Shown: in pieces, positions 40,790-50,822 of the stretch | Numbering within the stretch: position 1 is the stretch's first letter | Layout: each line of letters begins with the position of its first letter | Assembly: GCA_963790305.1 (NCBI GenBank) | Contig: CAWBOC010000005.1 | Coordinates: 704,001-768,000, forward strand | Direction of reading: 5' to 3' | Origin: an uncultured Gemmatimonadaceae bacterium | GTDB taxonomy: Bacteria > Gemmatimonadota > Gemmatimonadetes > Gemmatimonadales > Gemmatimonadaceae | DNA length: 64,000 nt | Program-made: the position numbers and the translations under genes | Notes under the pieces: generated by a model | What the model was told of the DNA's origin: nothing | Database searches by the model: none | Seen by the model: the letters and a program-made list of their open reading frames with translations, nothing else

Positions 40790-41100
40790 CGACGCACCCA
40801 GGGCCGGTGTATCACGAACGTCGGTGCCGACGTGGGCGTGGCGTGCGAGGCGGTGACGAGCCTGCGCCGCGCCAGCGCACCCAGCGCGTTCTGCACCGCG
40901 CGCTTCGAGATCCCTGTCCCCTCCGCGATCGTGCGCAGCGGGATCTCGTCGCTCCGAGAGCGTCCGGCGTTCGTGTGACGCCAGAGATACAGGTACACGA
41001 GAAAGGCCGAGGGGCGCCGGTCATGCCCGACGAGATCGGGCATCAGCGTATCGAGGACGTAGGGATCGAGTGCCAGACGGGCTATGGCACTCATTGCCAT
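40786..41100 (-). CDS. Small winged helix-turn-helix domain protein
   Basis: LRTIAEGTGISKRAVQNALGALARRRLV; stop overlaps ABC start. Confidence 0.75.
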   Translation of the reverse strand: MAMSAIARLALDPYVLDTLMPDLVGHDRRPSAFLVYLYLWRHTNAGRSRSDEIPLRTIAEGTGISKRAVQNALGALARRRLVTASHATPTSAPTFVIHRPWVRR

Positions 41101-41180
41101 GGCACCGCTTGCACGGCTGGACGCGCGCGGCCAGACGACCAAGATTTCCCGCGACCAATCATGCGTGCGAGGAGACCGAC

Positions 41181-41543
41181 ATGATAAAGGGTATCAAATT
41201 CGCCAGCATCCCCGTTCGCGATCAGGATCGCTCGCTTGCGTTCTGGCGCGATCACGTGGGACTGACGGTCGCGACGGACCAACCGATGGGCAAGCAGCGC
41301 TGGATCGAGCTCCGCATCCCGGGCGCCGACACGCGCCTCGTGCTCTTCACCCCCGACGGCCACGAGAATCGCATCGGCACCGACCAGAATGTGGTCTTCT
41401 GGACTGATGATGTCGAGAAGACGTGGAAGGACTTGTCAGCGAAGGGGGTGACGTTCAGCGGTCCTCCGAAGAAGGAGCGGTGGGGAACGTACGCGACCTT
41501 TCACGATCCGGACGGGAATCGCTTCGTGCTGGGGACGAAGTGA
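41181..41543 (+). CDS. VOC/glyoxalase family protein
   Basis: IPVRDQDRSLAFW, TDDVE, WGTYATFHDPDGN; GAGGAG RBS. Confidence 0.92.
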   Translation: MIKGIKFASIPVRDQDRSLAFWRDHVGLTVATDQPMGKQRWIELRIPGADTRLVLFTPDGHENRIGTDQNVVFWTDDVEKTWKDLSAKGVTFSGPPKKERWGTYATFHDPDGNRFVLGTK

Positions 41544-41544
41544 C

Positions 41545-41650
41545 AGAGGCGCTAGAGGCGCTAAAGGCGCTAGAGGCGCTGAAGACGAAAACCCTTTAGC
41601 GCCTCTAGCGCCTTTAGCGCCTCTAGCGCCTCTCGCGCCTCTCGCGCCTC
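41545..41650. repeat. Palindromic TAGAGGCGC nonamer element between convergent genes
   Basis: About 4 units agaggcgct followed by about 6 inverted units agcgcctct, filling the gap between the two stops. Confidence 0.9.
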
Positions 41651-42062
41651 AGGTCCTCCACGGCACCTCACCACTCGCGCCGCGATACTCGATGCCCTCG
41701 AGCGCGCCGCCGCCACGCACTTCCCAGGTCGCGCCGCGCCCGCGGGGCGCGCAGCGCAGCTCCGACCCATCCCCGAAGCGAAGCGTGATCTCGCCGGCGC
41801 GCACGATCTCGAGCCACTCCAGCCGGCGCTGAAGCAAGCCAAGCAGGGGCGCGAGTCGCTCTGGCTCGCCGGGATCGATCGCGCGCTCGGAGCCATCGGG
41901 CTCGCGATAGCGGAATGGTGCCGCGATACGCACCTCCGCCGACGCATCGAGCGTCCAGGTCTCGATGCGCATCGCCGAAGGCTCGACGCACAGGCGGGTC
42001 ACCCGGTGCGCGTCGAAGGTCCACCGGTGACGGTCGGCTGATTCCTCGAGCGTCGCCGTCAT
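41649..42062 (-). CDS. Hypothetical protein (DUF6188-like)
   Basis: IAAPF...LAPLLGLL...GEITLRFGDGSEL...WEV pattern. Confidence 0.6.
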   Translation of the reverse strand: MTATLEESADRHRWTFDAHRVTRLCVEPSAMRIETWTLDASAEVRIAAPFRYREPDGSERAIDPGEPERLAPLLGLLQRRLEWLEIVRAGEITLRFGDGSELRCAPRGRGATWEVRGGGALEGIEYRGASGEVPWRT

Positions 42063-42075
42063 GCGCGACCGCCGC

Positions 42076-42621
42076 TCAGACCGACAGCCGCTCGAAGTGC
42101 ATCTTTCGCAGCTTCGCGATCTTGGGCGCGATCACCGCTTGGCAGTACGGCTGCCTCGAGTTTCGCGCGTAGTAGTCCTGGTGATACGTCTCGGCGGGAT
42201 AGAACTTCGTCAGCGGCTCAATGGTGGTGACGATCGGCTCACGCCAGACGCCGGTTGCCTCGAGCTCCTTGATGGCACGCTCCGCTTCGGCGCGCTGTTC
42301 CTCGTTGTGCGGGAAGATCGCCGACCGATACTGCGTGCCAATGTCAGCGCCCTGGCCATTGAGCTGAGTCGGATCGTGGATCGTGAAGAAGACGTCGAGC
42401 AGGTCACGGTAGCTGATGACGGATGGATCGAACGTCACCTGCGCGACCTCGGCGTGGCCGGTTGCGCCCGTGCACACTTGCTCGTACGTCGGGTTGGGGC
42501 GCGCGCCGCCCGCATATCCCGACTCCACCTTGATCACGCCCTTGAGCAGCCGAAACGCCGCGTCGAGGCACCAGAAGCATCCCCCGGCGAGCGTTGCGAG
42601 GTCGTGTTGGGTCTCGGTCAT
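42076..42621 (-). CDS. msrA: Peptide methionine (S)-sulfoxide reductase
   Basis: [36 protein letters not shown]. Confidence 0.97.
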   Translation of the reverse strand: MTETQHDLATLAGGCFWCLDAAFRLLKGVIKVESGYAGGARPNPTYEQVCTGATGHAEVAQVTFDPSVISYRDLLDVFFTIHDPTQLNGQGADIGTQYRSAIFPHNEEQRAEAERAIKELEATGVWREPIVTTIEPLTKFYPAETYHQDYYARNSRQPYCQAVIAPKIAKLRKMHFERLSV

Positions 42622-42693
42622 TCTGGAAGGCTAAACGACGTCATACTCCACCGCTACGTCCGGGGTCGCGACCGCGACCGTGCCGTACAGCGG

Positions 42694-43080
42694 TCACCGC
42701 TTCTTGAATTGCTCGATCAATCCAGCGGCGCGATCGCGGGAAACGCCGGCGAGCGTGAATCGCATGCGCACCGTGTTGAAGAGCGTCACGTCAGGGCGCA
42801 CTGGGCGGCTTCGATCGACGACCGCCTTGATTGTGACCGCAACATCCGGCACTGGCAACGACTGCTCACGCGCGATGACTTGCACGAGCTCGACGCCACA
42901 TGCCGCGACGCCGGAGAGAAACGCCTCCGGTGGCGTGAGCTCTTCACCCGGACAGCCATTCGCGACCGGGCCGTCGATAATGAAGTGATGCGTTCGCGCG
43001 CTGCACATCACGCGCCCGAACGTGGCAGTGGAACGCGCGTCGACCGCGTACTCGCGAGGGGGAGAGGGAGCGGCGGTCAT
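42694..43080 (-). CDS. OsmC-like protein
   Basis: DGP...G...TPPEAFLSGVAAC; ATG overlaps upstream TGA. Confidence 0.75.
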   Translation of the reverse strand: MTAAPSPPREYAVDARSTATFGRVMCSARTHHFIIDGPVANGCPGEELTPPEAFLSGVAACGVELVQVIAREQSLPVPDVAVTIKAVVDRSRPVRPDVTLFNTVRMRFTLAGVSRDRAAGLIEQFKKR

Positions 43081-43431
43081 AGCGTGGTAATGCGGAATCC
43101 AGCTTTGTCCTTGAATTGGCCGGTGACGAGCATGATGAGGTCGACCACCATCCGAGATGCCCAACCCGCCGAGCGTGATGAGCTGGAGAAATCCGGTGAC
43201 GTATTTGCCGACGTAGAAGCGATGCGCGCCGAAGACGCCAAGGAAAAAGCAGAGCAGCCCCGTCGTTAGGGCGCGCTTCTCGCTCGGGGTGTCGCGCATG
43301 GCGAGGGCACTGCTCCGGCTATCGAACTGCTCCACGCCGCAGTACGGACACTCACGCGCGATCGCGGAGATCTCCATGTCGCACGAGCGACATGGCATTG
43401 TTGCGGTGATGGGTGAATGCGGTGAGGTCAC
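43077..43431 (-). CDS. TM2 domain protein with N-terminal zinc ribbon; frameshift near 43152
   Basis: CxxC...CPYCG; LGVFGAHRFYVGK...LGGLGI then [W]MVVDLIMLVTGQFKD in shifted frame. Confidence 0.85.
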
Positions 43432-43488
43432 GAATCCTCCGGGAGATGGCCTACCTTAGTGCCGGCGGGACGTGGCCGCAACGCCGCG

Positions 43489-43758
43489 TCAGCGGAGAAA
43501 GCGTTCGGCGAGCTGCTCGAGGCGCTCGTCCTTCTCCTGTCGCGCACGCGCGAGGATGCGCGTGACGTGCGGGTGCAGCCGTGGCTCGCCCCAGCGATAT
43601 CCTGTCGCTTCCTCCGCATCGCCGGTCAGGCCGTCGCGCGCGGCCTCGAGCAAGGCCGCGGCGGCCGCGGCATCGAACTCGGGGTCGTCACGGGCGGGAA
43701 GGGAAAACCGTCGCCGCGGGCCGCCGGAAGCGTCTTCGTTGACGAAAGCGCGCGACAT
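43489..43758 (-). CDS. Hypothetical protein (MSRAFVNED N-terminus)
   Basis: 89-aa ORF; N-terminus resembles that of some GreA/GreB-like proteins. Confidence 0.6.
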   Translation of the reverse strand: MSRAFVNEDASGGPRRRFSLPARDDPEFDAAAAAALLEAARDGLTGDAEEATGYRWGEPRLHPHVTRILARARQEKDERLEQLAERFLR

Positions 43759-43792
43759 TAGGCGAAAAGGTGCTCGAGCACCTCCTCCTGGT

Positions 43793-44431
43793 TCACACAA
43801 TCTCCTTGGACTCGATGATGCGTACTCCAGCCTGATCCTCGACCGCGGCCCGAACCAATGTGCCCGCCACCGCGCTCGCCTGTACTGGCTGGTACGTCTT
43901 CGGCACTATTCCCGCGAAAAGTTTGCCGATCTGCTCGCCCAGGCGGAACTCCGCGCGCTCGCCCAGCAGCAGCGATGGGCGTACGATCGTCACGCTTCGA
44001 TAGGGCAGCGCGCGGATTGCGTCCTCCACTTCCCCTTTCACTCGGCTGTAGAAAACGCGCGAGCGCGCGCTGGCGCCGAGTGCGCTCACCAGCAGAAAGT
44101 GTCGCGCCCCTTCGCGCAGGCCCAGGCGTGCGGCGGCCAGCGGGTAGTCATGATCGACGCGGCGAAAGCGCGCCTGGCTGCCGGCCTGCTTGATCGTCGT
44201 TCCCAGGGCACAGACGATGTGCGACGCGCGGAAGTGGACGGCCGCGTCGTCGAGGCGCTCGAAGTCGATCACGTGCGTCTCGACGCGCGCCGCCTTCGTG
44301 CCGTGAAGCGGACGTCGCCCAAGCGCAACCACGCGCGAAAACCGAGGCGACTCGGCGAACTGACGCACGCATTCTGAGCCGACCAGACCGGTGGCGCCGA
44401 GAACGAGAACCGAGTGTGGTGTGTCCGCCAT
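43793..44431 (-). CDS. NAD(P)-binding oxidoreductase (TIP30/YraR-like)
   Basis: GATGLVG, CALGTTIKQAGS, YSRVKG, RPSLLLG. Confidence 0.9.
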   Translation of the reverse strand: MADTPHSVLVLGATGLVGSECVRQFAESPRFSRVVALGRRPLHGTKAARVETHVIDFERLDDAAVHFRASHIVCALGTTIKQAGSQARFRRVDHDYPLAAARLGLREGARHFLLVSALGASARSRVFYSRVKGEVEDAIRALPYRSVTIVRPSLLLGERAEFRLGEQIGKLFAGIVPKTYQPVQASAVAGTLVRAAVEDQAGVRIIESKEIV

Positions 44432-44441
44432 TTGCGACCCG

Positions 44442-44648
44442 CTACTCAGTCCCCAACGCGCCCACCGACAGGCTGAGATCACGCCGCAGCGCGGCATCGC
44501 CTGAAATGATGTCGCGCCAGGTGATCTCCTGGCCTTTGCGCTTTCCCTTCTCGGTCACTTTGATGCCATCCGGAGAAATCGTGATCGTGTAGCGGACCCC
44601 GTCGAGCTCGAGCTCGCGCTTCATGGGGCGGTCGAGAGCGGTCGTCAT
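44442..44648 (-). CDS. Small hypothetical protein
   Basis: 68 aa MTTALDRPMKRELELDG...KGKRKG..W; globular composition. Confidence 0.7.
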   Translation of the reverse strand: MTTALDRPMKRELELDGVRYTITISPDGIKVTEKGKRKGQEITWRDIISGDAALRRDLSLSVGALGTE

Positions 44649-44692
44649 GGGAGGTGTGTGTGGGTTGATCGAGGAATTCCGCATATCCAAGG

Positions 44693-44727
44693 CCGCGACT
44701 GCGCAGCTCGCAGTTCGCAGTTCGCGG
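44693..44727. repeat. CTGCGA/TTCGCAG heptamer element (asymmetric)
   Basis: ccgcgactgcg-cagct-cgcagttcgcagttcgcgg. Confidence 0.65.
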
Positions 44728-44778
44728 TCTCCCCCGGGGTGTTGACCCCGCGCTGGACCGGTGCACATTCCCCGGGCG

Positions 44779-45688
44779 ATGGAATCCGACACGCTCCCCG
44801 AACCCAGTCCCGCCCCGCAACGCACGCTCGAGCGACTTCGTGTCGCATTCCAGGGAGAATTCGGAGCCTTTGGTGAGGAGGCGATCCACCTTCTCTGGCG
44901 CGGGGCGGCCGAGCCCATTCCGAAAGCGACCTTCGAGGACGTGATGTCGGCCGCGGAATCTCGCGACGTCGACTACGGCATGCTGCCCATCGAGAGCACG
45001 CTCGTCGGCGGCCTCGATGTCGCGTACGATCTCCTCAGTCTGCACGACGGCCTGAGGATCGTGGCTGAGGTCATCGTGCCGGTGCACCTCTGTCTCCTCG
45101 CGGTGCCGGGCGCGACCATCAAGTCACTGCGCACGCTCGCGAGCCATCCGGTGATGCTCGGCCAATGCTCGCATTTTCTCAGCCGCTATAAGCACATCAC
45201 TCCGCAGCCCGCCTGGGACACCGCCGGTGCAGCGCGCGACGTGCGAGACGCCGGCGATCGCACGCGCGCCGCGGCCGGAACGCGGCGGGCCGCCGAGCGG
45301 TTCGAGCTCGCGGTGCTGATGGACCACATCGAGGATCGGCCCGACAGCCAGAATGCGGTTTCTCGCCGTCGCTCGCGATCCGGCGGCGCTCAAGGAGAAC
45401 ATGCCGGTGCGTACGGCGTTGCTCGCGGTCTTTCCACACGAGGCAGGCGCGCTCGTGTCGGCGCTCGGACCCATGGCCGAGGCGAAGTTCAACATCTCGC
45501 ACCTCGCGTCTCGTCCCACTCGCGAGCCGTGGCGCTACCAATTCTTTCTCGAGTTCGAGCACACTGCCGGTGACCCGCGCGTGGACAATGCCTTGGCCGC
45601 CATTCGTCGAGCGACGGATGAGTTTCGATCGCTCGGCACCTACCCGCGGTGGATGAAGCAGGGGGCGGATCGCACGCCGCGGTGGTAG
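44779..45688 (+). CDS. pheA: Prephenate dehydratase with ACT domain; frameshift near 45350
   Basis: AFQGEFGAFGE, LPIEST, SHPVMLGQC, DTAGAA; RFLAV...SRP...WRYQFFLE...LGTYP in shifted frame. Confidence 0.9.
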
Positions 45689-45771
45689 CGCATACTGGCA
45701 GCAAAGAGCCGAGCGCCATATCGTGTGGTGCGTCCGACGCCGGGCGCGACTCATCAGAGACGGGAGGAGTC

Positions 45772-46293
45772 GTGCGTCGCTCTTCAGCCATGGCCATGAC
45801 CGCCCTCGCCCTCGGCGCGGCGACGGCGCTTGCGTGGCCAATCGCGCATCGTCAGGCATCGCAGGGCACCGCCCTCGGGCAGCTCGGGTGGTTCACCGGC
45901 TGCTGGGCCTACACGAGCCCTCGCGTCATCATCGAAGAGCATTGGACGAGCCCGGCGGGCGGCACAATGCTGGGCGTCAGTCGCACCCTGCGGCGGAATC
46001 CCGCCGGCGACAGCACGATCGCGTGGGAGTTCATCCGCCTGTATGAGCGCGGCACCGACCTGGTCTATGCGGCGCAACCGCATAATCAGCCCGCGACCGA
46101 GTTCGTGTCGGAGAAGGTGAGCGACGCGGAGGCGGTCTTCGCGAATCCGGCGCACGACTTCCCGCAGCGAATCATCTATCGAAAAGTGCGCGGCGACTCG
46201 TTGCGTGCTCGTGTCGAGGGAACGCAAAACGGACGGACGCGTGGCAGTGACTTCCCCTACGCGCGTGTCGCTTGCGATTCGTTACGGCGCTGA
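45772..46293 (+). CDS. DUF6265 family exported protein
   Basis: LGWFTGCW, EEHWTSPAGGTMLGVSR, FANPAHDFPQRIIY. Confidence 0.8.
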   Translation: MRRSSAMAMTALALGAATALAWPIAHRQASQGTALGQLGWFTGCWAYTSPRVIIEEHWTSPAGGTMLGVSRTLRRNPAGDSTIAWEFIRLYERGTDLVYAAQPHNQPATEFVSEKVSDAEAVFANPAHDFPQRIIYRKVRGDSLRARVEGTQNGRTRGSDFPYARVACDSLRR

Positions 46294-46305
46294 CGAGCTG
46301 ACACA

Positions 46306-46812
46306 ATGGATCTGCTCGTCGTTCGCCATGGTGCGGCCGAGGACAAGGATGCGTTCGCGCGGACAGGACAGGACGACGATCTGCGGCCACTGACTCCCGG
46401 CGGTCAGAAAGAGATGCGGGAGGTGGCACGCGCCCTTCGGGAGCTCGTGCCGGAGATCGACGCCCTCACGACCAGTCCACTCGTCCGCGCCGTGGAGACC
46501 GCCGAGATCCTCGGCAATGCCTACCGTCGAGAGCCAGTGCCGGTCGAGTGGCTACGGCCCGAGGCGTCATACGAGGACTTCGCGCGGTGGGCGACATCGC
46601 ATCGAGACAAGAAGACGACCGTGATCGTCGGCCACGAGCCGCACCTGAGCGGGCTCGTCAGCTGGCTCACCGCGGGCTCGAAGCGGTCCTTTCTCGAGCT
46701 GAAGAAAGCCGGCGCCTGCCTGCTGGAGATGGAACGGTCGTCGGGTGCCGGATCGAGTACCCTGCTCTGGTCGATGGGCCCGAAGCAGCTGCGCGCCATT
46801 GGGGGGAAGTAG
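46306..46812 (+). CDS. sixA: Phosphohistidine phosphatase SixA family
   Basis: VRHG, RPLT, SPLVRAVETA, VGHEP. Confidence 0.85.
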   Translation: MDLLVVRHGAAEDKDAFARTGQDDDLRPLTPGGQKEMREVARALRELVPEIDALTTSPLVRAVETAEILGNAYRREPVPVEWLRPEASYEDFARWATSHRDKKTTVIVGHEPHLSGLVSWLTAGSKRSFLELKKAGACLLEMERSSGAGSSTLLWSMGPKQLRAIGGK

Positions 46813-46930
46813 GCGGGAGCAGGGCGTCGCGACAGAGTCGCACAGCTTCCTTACAACGCGTGCACATGCAATGCGCTCCGGTTCGAGCGGCCTCGCCGTA
46901 TTTTTTCCGACCCGCTCACCGGAGCCTCGA

Positions 46931-48766
46931 GTGCACCTCTCGCTTGCCCTAACGATTGCGACGGTGTGCGCCCTCGCCGCGCCCCTTCGCGCGCAGATCA
47001 CAATGTTCCGCGGCGGGCCGAGCCACACCGGTGAATACCGCACGCGCGGCGTCCCCGCATTCGGCGGCCTTCAGTGGCGAGTACAGACGAATGGCCCGGT
47101 GCGCTCCTCGCCCGTCATTGCCGGATCGACGATTTACATCGGCAGTGGGGACGGAAGCCTTTACGCGGTCAACGCCAACACGGGCGTCGTACGGTGGCGT
47201 CACGCGACGGGAGCCGCCGTCGCCTCGACGCCGGCGGTCGCGAACGGTCTCGTGTTCGTGAACGCCAACGACGGGCGATTCCGCGCCCTCCACGCAGCCG
47301 ATGGACGGTTGGCGTGGTCGTTCGCGACCGGCGCTCCTGTTCCGCTCAAATGGGGCTACGAGAGTGGGGAGATCTACACGTCGTCGCCCGCGATCAATGG
47401 GGCGGTCGTGGTCTTCGGATCGCAGGACGGTCACGTCTATGCGCTCGACGCGCGCAACGGACGGGAGCGCTGGCGCTTTCGCACCGGCGGCCGCGTCTAC
47501 GCCTCGCCGGCGATCGCGGCCGGAACCGTCTACGCCGCCGATCAGGCGGGAAGCGTCTTTGCGCTCTCCCTAACGAGCGGCCGCCAGGTCTGGCGGTTCG
47601 ACACCGAAGGCACCCGCCTCAACTCCGCGGACTGGGGATTCGACCGTACGACGGTGCAGTCATCACCCGCGGTGGCTGGCGGCGCGGTGTACGTGGGCGC
47701 TCGCGATGGATTCCTCTACGCCATCGATCGCGCCACCGGGACGCAACGGTGGCGTCATGATCACAAGGTATCGTGGGTGAACAGCTCGCCGGCGGTGAGC
47801 GGCGGCCTGGTATACGCCGGCACGTCGGATGGCCGCTTCATTCAGGCCGTCGACACCGCCACCGGTGCCGAGCAGTGGCGCGCGAGCGCACAGAGTACGG
47901 TGTGGGCCTCTCCCGCTGTCGATAGCACGCTCGTGTACATCGGCGAGGGCGACGGGACGGTATATGCGCTCGACAAGCGTACGGGGAAAGAAGCGTGGCG
48001 CTATCGCGTGGGGCAACGCGTGTTCTCGTCGCCGCTCGTCCACGATGGGCGCCTCTACTTCGGAAGCGATGACGGTGGCATCTACGCGGTGAACGCGGCA
48101 CGTGCGGAACCTCTGCGCCGCGCCGTCTTCTTCGACTCAGCGGTCATCGGATCGGCCATCGTCAGCAGTGAAGCGCTGCGAAGCTACCTCACGAGGCGCG
48201 GCTACGAGGTGCTCGACACGACCTCGCTCGCCCGATTCCTGAACGAGCGCGTGCGCGACCGTGCGCCGAGCGTGGTAGTGTTCGCCATGGACTATCTGCC
48301 GCGCTCGGTGGCGCCGGTCGCCGCCGATACCGTCCTCTTTCGACGCTACCTCGAGGCGCGCGGCAAGGTCGTGTGGATCGGGACGCCACCACTCCTCTGG
48401 CCACCACCGGACTCAGGGCGACGTACGCTCAAGGGCGTCACTCGTGAGGCGACCGCGAGACTGCTCGGCGTTCGCCACGAGCGCGGCAACTTCGACCTCA
48501 TCGGCGTGTCGAAGGTAACCGCGCAGGCGAAGCAGCTCGGCCTGGCGGATTGGTGGCTCGACAACTGGGGCGCGAATCCGGAAGACGTCACCCACGTGCT
48601 GGCCGAAGACGAGTGGGGCCTCGCCGCCGCCTGGGTGAAGCGCTATGGTGGACCGAGCGGAAGTGGCTTCATACGACTCTATGCCGGGGAGGGAACGCCC
48701 GGCCGTCCGTCGTCGATGATCGCGATCCAGACGGCGGCGGAGGTGTGGCCTCAGGAGCAGAGGTGA
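46931..48766 (+). CDS. PQQ-like (BamB-type) beta-propeller repeat protein with extra C-terminal domain
   Basis: Eight SSP...G.VY.GS.DG..YA.D..TG...W repeats; signal peptide. Confidence 0.88.
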   Translation: MHLSLALTIATVCALAAPLRAQITMFRGGPSHTGEYRTRGVPAFGGLQWRVQTNGPVRSSPVIAGSTIYIGSGDGSLYAVNANTGVVRWRHATGAAVASTPAVANGLVFVNANDGRFRALHAADGRLAWSFATGAPVPLKWGYESGEIYTSSPAINGAVVVFGSQDGHVYALDARNGRERWRFRTGGRVYASPAIAAGTVYAADQAGSVFALSLTSGRQVWRFDTEGTRLNSADWGFDRTTVQSSPAVAGGAVYVGARDGFLYAIDRATGTQRWRHDHKVSWVNSSPAVSGGLVYAGTSDGRFIQAVDTATGAEQWRASAQSTVWASPAVDSTLVYIGEGDGTVYALDKRTGKEAWRYRVGQRVFSSPLVHDGRLYFGSDDGGIYAVNAARAEPLRRAVFFDSAVIGSAIVSSEALRSYLTRRGYEVLDTTSLARFLNERVRDRAPSVVVFAMDYLPRSVAPVAADTVLFRRYLEARGKVVWIGTPPLLWPPPDSGRRTLKGVTREATARLLGVRHERGNFDLIGVSKVTAQAKQLGLADWWLDNWGANPEDVTHVLAEDEWGLAAAWVKRYGGPSGSGFIRLYAGEGTPGRPSSMIAIQTAAEVWPQEQR

Positions 48767-48768
48767 GT

Positions 48769-48859
48769 GAGGTCGTCGAGGATGTCGAGGTGGTCGAGGC
48801 GAGGCACCGACGTTCCCTCGATCACCTCGATGACCTCGACGACCTCGACGACACCTCGA
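48769..48859. repeat. Palindromic GTCGAGGnn nonamer element between convergent genes
   Basis: gaggtcgtcgaggatgtcgaggtggtcgagg ... cctcgatcacctcgatgacctcgacgacctc. Confidence 0.85.
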
Positions 48860-48865
48860 GCACCC

Positions 48866-49594
48866 TCAGGTGTAAACCACACACCCCCGCTCCCTGAGCT
48901 CGTCCAGCCACGGCGTCTCTCCCAGACCGTTCCACCGCACGTCGAGCTTCTCCAGAGAGTGCAGCCCGCGGATCGCTTCGGGGAGGGAATCGAGCTGATT
49001 CTCGCGCAGGTCGAGGTGCATGAGCTGGCGCATATCGCCGATGGCGTCGGGGAGCGTCGTCAGGCGGTTGCCGCGCAGGCGCAGGTGGGTGACGCGATCG
49101 AGGCTGCGAATCGCGCGCGGCAAGGAGATGAGCGCGTTCCGGCCCAGGTGGAGCACCCGCAGGCTCGTCAGGCGGCCAATGGAATCGGGAAGCTCCTGGA
49201 GTGCGTTTCCGTCGAGGTGAAGCTCGCGCAGCGTCGCCAGCGCACCCATGGAGTACGGGAGAGACTTCAGGCCGTTGTCGTGCGCCCGGAGCTCCACGAG
49301 TGAGCCGAGAGCGCCGATCGTCTCCGGAAGCGCTGTGAGCGCGTTGCCGGCGACGTTGAGATAGGTCAGCGCCTTGAGCTTACCGATCGAGTCGGGCAGA
49401 CGTGCGAGCTTGTTGTTCGAGACGTACAGAAACTCGAGCGCGCGGAGCTCCCCAAGCGCTTCCGGCAGATCCGTCAGCTGATTGTAGCTGAGATCGAGCG
49501 TCGTGAGCTGGCGCTGCGACGTGACGTCGTCAGGCAGCGCGCTCAGCGAGCTGCCGTGCAGGAAGAGCCGTGTCGACTCGAAGTCGGCGGTCAC
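48866..49594 (-). CDS. Leucine-rich repeat protein
   Basis: About 9 repeats of LxxLxLxxNxLxxLPxxIG at 23-aa period. Confidence 0.95.
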   Translation of the reverse strand: MTADFESTRLFLHGSSLSALPDDVTSQRQLTTLDLSYNQLTDLPEALGELRALEFLYVSNNKLARLPDSIGKLKALTYLNVAGNALTALPETIGALGSLVELRAHDNGLKSLPYSMGALATLRELHLDGNALQELPDSIGRLTSLRVLHLGRNALISLPRAIRSLDRVTHLRLRGNRLTTLPDAIGDMRQLMHLDLRENQLDSLPEAIRGLHSLEKLDVRWNGLGETPWLDELRERGCVVYT

Positions 49595-50253
49595 TCCTCG
49601 TACTCGTCGGACCCCTGGACCCGGATGAACGACTGGATGTCGATCATGTCGCGCGGCTTCAGGTCCCGCACATCATCGCGCACCCTGTTGGCGAACGCCA
49701 GCAGGCTCGCGTAGGTCTTCCACTGTGGACGGGACTCATACTCGAACTCGCATCCATACTCCCGGGCGGCGATCCTGGTGACGTTGGGCTTGAGAAAGAT
49801 GTGCCGGTCGGGTGTCGCGAGGAAGCCGAACACGGTCACGATCGGCCAGGTCAGCACACGGGTCTGCTTGCGTGGAAGCTGGGAGACGACAGTGCACCAC
49901 TGCTCGAACTTCCGCTCTTCGCCTCCCCGGCCGTACAGGAACTCGTAGAGCCCCTCGGCGAACGCACGAGCGCCCGCTGGGGATTTGACGGCATCGCGAA
50001 GGGCCATCTTCTCGAAGGAAAAGAGAAGGTTCGTCCGGGATTCGATCTGGACCGCCCGCGCGGCCACCTCGCTGAAACGCCCCGAGCTCAGCTTGGCGCG
50101 GAAGGCGTTGCGACCAAGCGAGGCTTCCCAGCGCTCGTGCGCTTCCCACTTGTAGTTCCGCTCCCAGTCGAGGTAAGTCTCGTCGTGAAAGCCGTCGGGG
50201 AAGAAGCGCAGGAACTTGCGCCGGCACCGCGTCGCACTCGGCGCTCGCGTCAG
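49591..50253 (-). CDS. Conserved hypothetical protein (start uncertain, possibly CTG)
   Basis: FLRFFPDGFHDETYLDWERNYK...HIFLKP...PRDMIDIQSFI; GGAGG 5 nt upstream of CTG 50253. Confidence 0.75.
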   Translation of the reverse strand: MTRAPSATRCRRKFLRFFPDGFHDETYLDWERNYKWEAHERWEASLGRNAFRAKLSSGRFSEVAARAVQIESRTNLLFSFEKMALRDAVKSPAGARAFAEGLYEFLYGRGGEERKFEQWCTVVSQLPRKQTRVLTWPIVTVFGFLATPDRHIFLKPNVTRIAAREYGCEFEYESRPQWKTYASLLAFANRVRDDVRDLKPRDMIDIQSFIRVQGSDEYEE

Positions 50254-50729
50254 GGTCGCCTCCCACCGGCGGTGGGGGTCCGCGGAGTCGCGGTGCCTAA
50301 CGTGCCAGGCAATGAGGGCACTTGCCCTCGCGCCGAAGCCCGGGCCAGCCACAGAAGCTGGAGTCGTGTGATGCAGCCTTCGGTGACTATGTAGCGGCCG
50401 ACGTCCCGCGCGGCCAGCATTGTGCCCACGAATCCAAAGCCCAGGGCGACTATTCCGACGCCGGTGAGCGCCAGCGCGGCAGCGACTGCCACGGTCGCGC
50501 CGCCCATCGTCAACGCCGACGAATGATGCCGACGCAGCGGACCGAACTGTGGAATGAATTCCACTCCATCCTCGCCGAGCTTCACCCGCACGCTCGCGAA
50601 TTGCGGAAGCCGCACGCACAGATGATCTCCGTGGGGAACGACGACGTAGCCCATCTCCTCGAGCCCGGCACGAAACTCGGCCAGCTCGGGGACCAGGGTA
50701 GCGGCCGGCACCTGCCCGTCAGGCGTCAT
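50250..50729 (-). CDS. Hypothetical membrane protein
   Basis: 159 aa ATG ORF with a TM hairpin, coupled to downstream genes. Confidence 0.6.
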   Translation of the reverse strand: MTPDGQVPAATLVPELAEFRAGLEEMGYVVVPHGDHLCVRLPQFASVRVKLGEDGVEFIPQFGPLRRHHSSALTMGGATVAVAAALALTGVGIVALGFGFVGTMLAARDVGRYIVTEGCITRLQLLWLARASARGQVPSLPGTLGTATPRTPTAGGRRP

Positions 50730-50822
50730 GCGTCAAGGTTGCGGATGGCATACCGGCGGCGCCATGGCGCTGGCGTCCTCGGCGATGATCGCAAAGAGTA
50801 CATAGAGCGTGCCGTGGCAGCC

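Noticed and set aside
42694..43431. Apparent TM2-OsmC fusion protein
   Set aside because: One extra C near 43152 creates it; correction restores the TM2 C-terminus and an ATGA-coupled separate OsmC-like gene.
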